From Spirochaetia bacterium (GTDB taxonomy: Bacteria > Spirochaetota > Spirochaetia > UBA9216), in contig OY776510.1 in assembly GCA_963675665.1 (NCBI GenBank), positions 3,968,001 to 4,032,000 on the forward strand: a stretch of 64,000 nt of DNA. Direction: 5' to 3'. Numbering within the stretch: position 1 is the stretch's first letter; the number at the start of each line of letters is the position of its first letter. Below are positions 51,643-64,000 of the stretch, piece after piece. Below the pieces are notes generated by a model that saw nothing but the letters and a program-made list of their open reading frames with translations, made no database searches and was not told the origin of the DNA. Position numbers and translations under genes: made by a program.

Positions 51643-53709
51643 ATGTTCAAAAAGTTGATAATAACCATACTTATCTTATACCTGCTGATCACAGCATCTA
51701 TAAGTTCCGATCCTGAGAATCAGCTTGGTATAAGTATTACACCGCACGGAGCAATTCCCGTCGGCTCGAGCATTGAACTGTTCGGGTTCGGATACGGCGC
51801 CGACGCGTCTGTCTCATTCATTCCCGGATTTTTACAGTATATCGGAGCACAGGCGGGATTTACCTATACAAACCAGCCGCTTTCTTCAGCTAATTCCATA
51901 AACGTTATCCAGGGATGGGCAGGTCCCGTGGCGCGATACCCCTTCACCGAACGCCTGTCGGTATATGCCGCAGGCAAAGCAGGCTATTACTACTGGGCCC
52001 CGCTTGCCTGGGATGCCGAAGGCGTCAACGGAGGAGGTTTTACCGCAGGAGGCGGCGCCGGCGCGCTGTTTCGAATTACCGGACCGCTTACCCTTGGAGC
52101 AAATGTATCCTATGAATACCTTAACAAACTGTATAACGGTATAAGCGTCAACCTTGCAGTTAATTTCGATTTTCCGGGACTTAAAAGTGAAAGTATCGAT
52201 GTCGAGATAGATGATATCAGGATAATTCCGTTGTTCCCGGTCCTCTACGGTTACTATTCAAACCATCCCATAGGCACTGTAAAGGTCAGGAACACCGGAA
52301 ACCGTGCAGAGAAAGATATCAACATCCAGTTTTACCTGGAACGGTACATGGACAACCCGATGAAGGTCGGGTCGAACTTTGATCTTGCCCCGGGCGAAGA
52401 AAAAGATATTGATTTATTTGCGCTGTTCACCGAAGACCTGATGCAGATAACCGAGGGGACCAAAGCTTCGGCCCTGATCTCAGCTACAAAAACCGTCGGC
52501 GAAAAGGAGATAACGAAGGACTTTACCGGCGTAATCGACTTCTATAACAGAAATGCCCTGTCATGGACCGACAACCGCCGTATCGCATCCTTCATGACGG
52601 CGAAAGATCCGGAAATCATGAATTTTTCGAAGAATGTTATGACCTGGGTAAAGTCTTCACAGAACCCGGCAATCGACGAGAACCTTCAGAAAGCCATGGC
52701 GATGTTTGAGGCGCTGAAAAACCGCGGGGTAAGCTACGAGGTGGACCCGGCTACCCCTTTCCGTGAGTTTTCCGAAGAATCTGCGTCAATCGACTTTCTG
52801 CAGTTTCCCCGGCAGACGCTTCAGTACACAAACGGCGACTGTGACGACCTTACCACCCTGTATTGTACCCTGCTTGAGTCGGTCGGCGTTGAAACAGCCT
52901 TTATAACGGTCCCCGGTCACATCTACGCAGCTTTTACACTGAAGATGGGCCCTGATGAAGCGCAAAAAACTTTTCTGAATCCGGATGAACTTATACTAAC
53001 CGAAAGCAGGGCGTGGGTACCTGTCGAAATCACCATGTTTCAGGAAAGCTTCGAGCGGGCATGGGCCTACGGAGCGAAAGAATGGCGTCAGTACGATGCC
53101 GAAGAACTATCGGTACTGTATCCGGTCCGTGAAGCATGGCAAACCTTTCAGGCAGTCGGGTTCCGCGACTCATCAACCGTTGAACTGCCCGACAGACCCG
53201 AAGTGACAACGGCATTCATGAACAGCATTAACCGTCATGTCGATCGCGAAATCCACCCGCAGATTGAGCAGATCCGGAAGAAGATTGACGAGGGCGGCAG
53301 AGCAAAAACCCGATGGCAGAACAAACTCGGCGTAGTCTACGCGCGTTACGGTCTCTACGATAAAGCGTCTGAAGCCTTTGAAACGGTTCTGCAGGACGAA
53401 GAATACATTCCCGCGCTGAACAACCTCGGCGGTATATACTTTCTTAAGGAAAAATACGAAAAAGCACTCGAATACTACGACCGCGCGCTGCAGCAGGACG
53501 ACAGCAGCAAAGCAGCGCTGCTGGGCACAGCCCGCTGCAGCCATGAGCTTGAGAACTACTACCTTGTAAAGAAAACATACGCCAGATTAGCCGAACTCGA
53601 TTCTCAGCTGGCGGAACAGTATGCATACCTTGACATGAAGGGAGCCGAAGCCACCCGCGCCGCAGCCGCCGAAGAAATGAAATACCGAATCCTTTGGGAG
53701 GATGAATAA
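51643..53709 (+). CDS. Exported beta-barrel-like / transglutaminase-like (GDCDD) / TPR protein, paralog 2
   Basis: GGAGG RBS; signal peptide; OMP-like strands; FPRQTLQYTNGDCDDL, PGHIY, WVPVEIT; TPRs; colinear with 39662-41800. Confidence 0.78.
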   Translation: MFKKLIITILILYLLITASISSDPENQLGISITPHGAIPVGSSIELFGFGYGADASVSFIPGFLQYIGAQAGFTYTNQPLSSANSINVIQGWAGPVARYPFTERLSVYAAGKAGYYYWAPLAWDAEGVNGGGFTAGGGAGALFRITGPLTLGANVSYEYLNKLYNGISVNLAVNFDFPGLKSESIDVEIDDIRIIPLFPVLYGYYSNHPIGTVKVRNTGNRAEKDINIQFYLERYMDNPMKVGSNFDLAPGEEKDIDLFALFTEDLMQITEGTKASALISATKTVGEKEITKDFTGVIDFYNRNALSWTDNRRIASFMTAKDPEIMNFSKNVMTWVKSSQNPAIDENLQKAMAMFEALKNRGVSYEVDPATPFREFSEESASIDFLQFPRQTLQYTNGDCDDLTTLYCTLLESVGVETAFITVPGHIYAAFTLKMGPDEAQKTFLNPDELILTESRAWVPVEITMFQESFERAWAYGAKEWRQYDAEELSVLYPVREAWQTFQAVGFRDSSTVELPDRPEVTTAFMNSINRHVDREIHPQIEQIRKKIDEGGRAKTRWQNKLGVVYARYGLYDKASEAFETVLQDEEYIPALNNLGGIYFLKEKYEKALEYYDRALQQDDSSKAALLGTARCSHELENYYLVKKTYARLAELDSQLAEQYAYLDMKGAEATRAAAAEEMKYRILWEDE

Positions 53710-53731
53710 AATGCGCTTCGCACTTTTTATT

Positions 53732-53766
53732 GTGAAGTATGAAAAGCAGAGCTTTTCATACTTCAC
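53732..53766. repeat. Perfect 16-bp inverted repeat (GAAG...CTTC family)
   Basis: GTGAAGTATGAAAAGC-AGA-GCTTTTCATACTTCAC. Confidence 0.8.
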
Positions 53767-54189
53767 CGCATTATAACGCCGCCAAAACGTAAAACGGAGG
53801 AGATATGAAAATCAGTAAAAAAACAACAGCAGTTATTTTGATTATTATAGCCGCGCTGGCGGCAACAGCCTGTACGATTGAGTCGGAGTATGTAACGGCC
53901 TTAAAAGAGAAAATTGAAAATGATCTGAATCCGCCTGATACATCTGTTAAATTTCAGCTTACAATTATCGCCGGCTCCGGCGGCAAAATACTTTCCCCCA
54001 ATATTTCCCCTTTGGAGGTTAAAAAAGACGATCCGACTTCCATAGAAGCACAAGCCGATTCGGGATATCTTTTTGGATATTGGGCAATAACTTCTGGTGA
54101 AGCAGTTATTGATGATTATCTAAAGGCAAATACTTCAGTTATTCTCAGCATTGGAGATGCAACAATTCAGGCTATATTCACGGATATTA

Positions 54190-55010
54190 ATGCACCTGAG
54201 CCGCCGGTTGTCAGCGGTGAGAATAAAACAAACGACACAACCCCTACCTGGACATGGATCAGTTCCGATGAAGATGGAATCGGGGTTTTCAGATATAAGC
54301 TTGATGACAGTATTATGACTACAGGAGCAACGGAAACTACAGAAACTGCCTTTACACCTTCTTCTTTTTTAGTTGAAGGAAACCATACATTATTTGTTCA
54401 GGAGAAAGACGGTTTCGATAACTGGTCCAATATCGGCAGCCATACGATAGAGATTGATATTACTCCTCCGGAGAGCCCGGTATTCCATGTATCAAATTAT
54501 TCAAAAACTTCATCGCAACAACCCTCATGGACCTGGACCAATGGAAACGGAGACGGTATCAGGATCTATAGATTTAAACTGGACAACAGTGATCTCAGTG
54601 ATATTCCTGAAATAGATGAAACAACAGCTACAAGTTATACACCGGTAGAAAATCTCCCCGAAGGGGATCATACACTCTATGTGCAGGAGAAAGATAGTGT
54701 CGATAACTGGTCTGAATCAGCTTCCCATTCTATTGAAGTCGACATTACCGGTCCTTCGGCTCCCACGGTAACATCAGCATCTTCAAGTTGGGACATGACT
54801 CCTTCATGGAGCTGGACCAGTACTGCTTTAGACGGAAGCGGTACATACAGGTACAGGCTTGATAATAGTAACCTTGAAGATCAGGTTGGGGAGGCATCAA
54901 CATCATATACCAGCAGTGCACTCGGTAATGGAACACACCGTCTTTATGTTCAGGAAAAGGATGATGTAGGCAACTGGGGTACAATAGGCGATTACGCAGT
55001 TTCTGTCAGC
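54190..55010 (+). repeat. Three tandem ~90-95-aa Ig-like protein repeats (approximate limits)
   Basis: Each unit carries PxWxW, Y(R/K)xxLD and GxHxL(F/Y)VQEKDxxxNW. Confidence 0.75.
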
Positions 55011-55184
55011 TGGAGTCCCCCGTCGTTGGTAACCCCTGCGAATGCCGGAGATTCTTATTGTGTTGAAGTCGACCTTGACTGGAATAATGTAACCAATGCA
55101 TCAGGTTATTACATACAGGTGGATAATGATCCTGACTTTAATAGTCCGTATAACTGGACAACTACGTAAGCGGTAATTCTTCCC

Positions 55185-56717
55185 CTATGACTTTATCTGT
55201 TCAGCGGTCAGGTTGAACGGTAGCAGTTTTTCATAATCTGCGGGTTCTTCACAGTACGGTAACTTGCGAAAAACATAGTAGAAGTAATCATAGACCGATA
55301 GCTTCTGCAATTTAGCAGATTCAACAAGACTGTAGAGTACCGCCGAAGATTCGGCTCCATGTTCGGTGTCGGAAAACAACCAGTTCTTCCGTCCGATTAC
55401 AAACGGCCGGATTGCATTTTCAGCAATGTTGTTCGACGGAGTAAGCAGCGGATCTTCCAGGTATAACTTTAACTGAACCCAGTTATCAAGCGTGTATGAT
55501 ATCGCCTTCCCGAAAGCCATTGTAGGCGGAGTCCCTGCTGCATGTTTAGTAAGCTGTTTGAATAAAGAATCAAGGATAGATCCGGCCTGGTTGGCTCGAT
55601 GCTTCTGAAAGCCTTTTTTGGAATATTGCTCGCGCAGGGCTTCAAGCTCGAACAGGTCTTTAATCAATTCAAGTATATGTTTTACTTCCGGAGATTTAGA
55701 CATCTCCCAGTATTTATAAAAATACCTTCTGGCATGCGCCCAACATAAAACATGACGAGGTCCATCATGTCCATCTTTTCGCAGCCTTTTCAAAGCAGTG
55801 TGATAGGCCTCATAATCATCAGTCTGCAACCAACCGGTATAACCTTGCAGAAAATCATACGGTATTTCATGAGAACGGCCTGTTTCATACTGAAACACTA
55901 CCGATTTTTTATCAGGTTTTCCGCCAAGAAAGACCCACATCCAGGATTTATCCTGTGCTTTGCGACCTTTTTCTTTCAAAACCTGTACCCGGGTTTCATC
56001 GGCATTTATTATCGGCCCGTTTTTAATATTATCTTTAAGCAACTCATAAATCGGTCTGCATTTATCAGCGCACTTTATTGCCAATGTGCTCAGTGTTGCC
56101 CTTGGAATATCTGCACCAATTGTATTCAGTCTCTTGCTCTGACGGTAGAACGGGAGAGCATATTCAAACTTCTCATTTATGATCCACGCGAGAAGGCTTT
56201 CATCGGCAATGCTCCCGGCGATCAGATGTTTAATCCCTTCAGCAGTCTGCACCCCCGAAGTTTCATCGGTGGTTCCTTCACAATTTCTGCAAACATATTT
56301 TTTCTTTATCTCACGCCTGACTACTACTTTCGCAGGAACTATGCATAGCCGTTCGGAGACATCTTCACCAATACAAATCTTCTCAGTTCCGCAAGCGCAT
56401 GTTTTATCTTCCTCATCAATATCGTATTCAATAATTTCTCGGGGAAGATCTTCTGACAGAGCTTTTCTACCGACACCCTTACGAACAGTTTTCGTGTGAG
56501 CTTTTACTTCACGGGTCTCAGTTTCTATTTCTTCGTTCTGCTCAAATGCCGTATCCTCTGCCTCGTTGAAAAGTGACGCCTGTTTTTTATCTTCATTCGT
56601 GAGCTTCTCTGATTTTGTTCCGAAATGAAGAGATTGCAAAAGCTGGACCTGCTCTTCTAATCGGGCAATTTTTATTTTTAATTTCTCATTCTCTTCAAGC
56701 AAAGCCTGGCTGTTCAT
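55185..56717 (-). CDS. tnpC: IS66 DDE transposase TnpC
   Basis: Leucine zipper and FGTKSE, zinc finger, LPFYRQ, ADET, LQTD.Y..Y, CWAHARR, SNNIAENAIR...GRKNWLF. Confidence 0.95.
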   Translation of the reverse strand: MNSQALLEENEKLKIKIARLEEQVQLLQSLHFGTKSEKLTNEDKKQASLFNEAEDTAFEQNEEIETETREVKAHTKTVRKGVGRKALSEDLPREIIEYDIDEEDKTCACGTEKICIGEDVSERLCIVPAKVVVRREIKKKYVCRNCEGTTDETSGVQTAEGIKHLIAGSIADESLLAWIINEKFEYALPFYRQSKRLNTIGADIPRATLSTLAIKCADKCRPIYELLKDNIKNGPIINADETRVQVLKEKGRKAQDKSWMWVFLGGKPDKKSVVFQYETGRSHEIPYDFLQGYTGWLQTDDYEAYHTALKRLRKDGHDGPRHVLCWAHARRYFYKYWEMSKSPEVKHILELIKDLFELEALREQYSKKGFQKHRANQAGSILDSLFKQLTKHAAGTPPTMAFGKAISYTLDNWVQLKLYLEDPLLTPSNNIAENAIRPFVIGRKNWLFSDTEHGAESSAVLYSLVESAKLQKLSVYDYFYYVFRKLPYCEEPADYEKLLPFNLTAEQIKS

Positions 56718-56755
56718 AAATAAATTTTAACATGATTAAATTCCGGTGTGAAGCA

Positions 56756-57100
56756 TTAAACGCGGGAATATGATAATTCTTTATGCGCGTTGAAGAAATC
56801 TATCCCGTCCAGCAGCATCTTAAGTTCCTCGAATCTGATTTCTCTGGCCTCTTCTTCTGTTTCAGGCCAGGGAAACTTGTTCTTCTCCAACCGTTTCTGC
56901 CATAGGCAGAATCCGTTTCGATCCCAGTAGACAATTTTCAAAAGTTTTTGTTGGCCGTTACAGAACAGAAACAAACTTTTCGAAAACGGGTCATTATGCA
57001 TTACGTTCTGAATCTGAAGGCTCAATCCGTTTACCCCTTTTCTTAAATCCGTTTTGCCGGGCCGTATAAAATATCGGTAATCTGTATAATCGAAAATCAT
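56756..57100 (-). CDS. tnpB: IS66 accessory protein TnpB
   Basis: TDLRKGVNGL, LKIVYWDRNGFCLWQKRLE..FPWP, LLDG. Confidence 0.93.
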   Translation of the reverse strand: MIFDYTDYRYFIRPGKTDLRKGVNGLSLQIQNVMHNDPFSKSLFLFCNGQQKLLKIVYWDRNGFCLWQKRLEKNKFPWPETEEEAREIRFEELKMLLDGIDFFNAHKELSYSRV

Positions 57101-57393
57101 TCAAGTTCTCCGATTATTCTCAGAACTGATTTCAGCTCGGCTTCATCAAACCCGGCAGTTATTGATATTAAAAACTTTTTGGACTTCAATACAATTGGTG
57201 CAGCTGCTACAGATTGAACGGGTTTTATTTCTATTATCTCTGAGCTCTTTGACAGGTTCATACCGAACCGTTTTCTGTGCTTATAGAAAGTATTTGGATG
57301 AATTTCAATCTCTTTGCAAAACTCCGGAATTGATTTTCCGCTCATCTGTTGTTGTTCAAATATTTCTTCCCAGTTTTTGATTATCTTCTTCAT
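57097..57393 (-). CDS. tnpA: IS66 accessory protein TnpA (HTH)
   Basis: W......SGKSIPEFC...I...TFY.HRKR; ATGA overlap with tnpB; start probably ATG 57393. Confidence 0.8.
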   Translation of the reverse strand: MKKIIKNWEEIFEQQQMSGKSIPEFCKEIEIHPNTFYKHRKRFGMNLSKSSEIIEIKPVQSVAAAPIVLKSKKFLISITAGFDEAELKSVLRIIGELE

Positions 57394-58294
57394 TTCATTC
57401 CTCCGTGATTCTTTTCCCGGAGGATAGTACATTTTCAGATTTTCGCAAGAAGGAAAGAATTACCGCTTACACAACTACAGCATCAGAATATGAATCCAGT
57501 ACAAGGCTGACCCCGGATGAAACATACTACTGGCACGTCCGCGCAAGGAATCCTGAAGGAGATTACAGCGCGTACAGCAGCCGCTGGAGTTTTTATGTAG
57601 ATCACAAAGATGACTGGTTGTTTTCTACAGGCCCTAGCGGCGGTGTTGTTATTTACGATGATGAAAATATAACGGAGATGCAGGACTTTTATATAAATTA
57701 TTTGGGTATGACCTCTGTTGATTTCAAAACTTTGCCGGGAGATTACCGCTACATAGAAATAGCTCCGGCTGATGCGTCATCAGATGCCATATTCAACAGT
57801 ATATATAGACCAACTTTTAATCAAACAACATCTACAGATATTGGAACAGGTCAGGCAAACTGCGATTCATTATGGGTAACGGACGGGGCTATCAATATAG
57901 CGGAGTCATTTTCCTGCTCCTACGATGGAAAGACTTATAGTGACTGGTTTCTGCCGTCATTGGATACTATGGAACTGGCCTGCTACTTATTGAATTCATT
58001 TCCGGTGGATAATATCGATGAATCTGTTTATTGGACATCCTCCTACGAAGCTTTACCTGTAGTGGGCGCTTATACAATAGCGTTTAAAGCTATTTCCGTC
58101 TCCGGCTATTCTTACTCGTTAGGTGACATCCTTCTGGCTCCTGAAACAGGCCCTCCGTCCGGAGAACCGAATATTGCAGTTCTGACGGGTCGCATGTTTT
58201 AACAGTTCCGCAGCCTTTCCATACCTGCAAAACTATCTTGTTCCGGAAGAATCTGCTGCGTCTCTGCAGTTTGACGTAGGTAAACATCCAAATG

Positions 58295-58544
58295 TTTTAT
58301 TTTGCGGGGCTGAAGCCCCCTAAAATAAAAAAAGCCTGGCGAAGATGCTGTCGCATCTTAAACGACCGGAAAGAGCTATTATTTAACTCTAACTCTGTCA
58401 TTTCCAGACTTCTCGATTTAATTTGAAACTTTCATTTCAATTAAATTGCTCTTTCTGAAGTTTCGTATCCGAAACTTCCAAGATCTTTCTTAGACTGGTA
58501 TTTTATTTTAAAAGACACTTTCAGTGCCTTTTAAAATAAAAAAA

Positions 58545-58553
<9 letters not shown>
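58295..58553. repeat. Hairpin array bounded by a 22-bp duplication that includes the 5S rRNA 3' end
   Basis: TAAAATAAAAAAAGCCTGGCGA at 58321-58342 and 58532-58553, with at least five inverted repeats between or adjacent. Confidence 0.8.
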
Positions 58554-58654
<101 letters not shown>

Positions 58655-58778
58655 TAATTATTCATAATTATATCTAACAGGGATAGAAACCGAACTCGAC
58701 AGGTTGCATTTTCAAGGAGTTTTCTTAAACTCACGCAGCCTATTGGTTCAATTCCTTGAGAATTGATTAAGGGGAAAT

Positions 58779-61774
<2,996 letters not shown>

Positions 61775-62144
61775 ATTACCTCTTAACCCTTCCCTGTACT
61801 TTTCATCTCCCTGTTATGGACGAAAAGTAATTAAAACTACCTTCTACAGCAGTTCCTTTCTATTTTAAAGAACAGTGAAGTTCAACGTTGTTGAACTTCC
61901 GAAGCTTTTTAAAAGCTTCACAAGTCATCGCTTCGCTCTGACTTTCAGGAGTTTTGCTTTCAGCAAAACATCCGCTTAATTTAACCGTTTAAGGTTTAGT
62001 TTTTTTAAGCAAATTTTTAAAATTTGCAGAAAAAAAAGAGCCATCAGCACAACTGCCAACAACCTTATTAACACACCTCATCGTTCGGTGCGGTGAAGTT
62101 TTCTTTGAAAACTTCAAAATTAAAAGGCGTAGCCTTTTAATAAA

Positions 62145-62219
<75 letters not shown>

Positions 62220-62476
62220 TAAAGCATCCTTCGGATGCTTTTCGGAGTTTTGCTTCACTTCGTTCCGCAAAACATCCATAACTGCAATCCGTTAGTGCTT
62301 TTAGCATCCTTAAACCAGGATACTAAATATAAAAAGGAAGAAGAGAGAGCGGAGAAACGGCAATCCGTTTCTCTGAAGTTTGACTTCGCCAAACTTCACC
62401 ATGTTTGTCATACCCATACGGGTACTTAATCCGGAAATTAGCAGCTGTGCTGACCACTTTCCGTTCCTTTCTCACA

Positions 62477-64000
<1,524 letters not shown>

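Larger units (their letters stand above)
55166..57470 (-). mobile_element. Complete IS66-family insertion sequence (2305 bp)
   Basis: Perfect 16-bp TIR GTAAGCGGTAATTCTT at both ends; 8-bp TSD ACAACTAC at 55158-55165 and 57471-57478; tnpA-tnpB-tnpC. Confidence 0.96.
53805..58202 (+). pseudogene. Ig-repeat surface lipoprotein (about 694 aa restored) interrupted by IS66
   Basis: AATAC lipobox, three Ig-like repeats, FN3-like domain. Removing the IS and one TSD joins ...NWTT to TASEYESS...YYWHVRARN in frame. C-terminal domain is DUF1566-like (GPSGG, DWFLPS, YWTSS). Confidence 0.85.

Noticed and set aside
57405-58202. 265-aa ORF as an independent gene
   Set aside because: Its first 22 codons lie inside the IS66 end; the rest is the in-frame 3' part of the 53805 lipoprotein.

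Overview
Window from a free-living-type spirochaete (Spirochaetia; inferred from FlbB, the FlgE K165/C178 pair, gene order and the 16S sequence). Bases 1-28.2 kb are the conserved spirochaetal minus-strand supercluster mraZ-rsmH-ftsL-murF-mraY-ftsW-ftsQ-ftsA-ftsZ-xerD-TPR-dprA-topA-xerC-hslV-hslU-flgB-flgC-fliEFGHIJ-flbB-fliK-flgD-flgE-flbD-motA, with MraZ boxes and a sigma-28-like promoter before flgB. Bases 28.3-39.6 kb are mostly housekeeping genes (GH57/DUF4912, cdd, recN, nadK, cheW) plus two apparent pseudoenzymes. Bases 39.6-58.3 kb are an accessory region. It holds two paralogous genes with the architecture signal peptide / beta-barrel-like / Ig-like / transglutaminase-like Cys-His-Glu / TPR, each next to a different large adhesin-like lipoprotein. 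Between them lie a diguanylate cyclase, an MFS-HEAT fusion, an MCP with one in-frame TAG and a 7TM-PAS-LuxR regulator frameshifted in an A8 tract. A complete IS66 (16-bp TIRs, 8-bp TSD) splits one lipoprotein. Bases 58.5-64 kb are an rRNA operon (16S, tRNA-Ile, 23S, 5S; minus strand). Intergenic DNA carries a family of hairpins with conserved feet and variable stems. All family assignments come from motif recognition by eye, not database searches.
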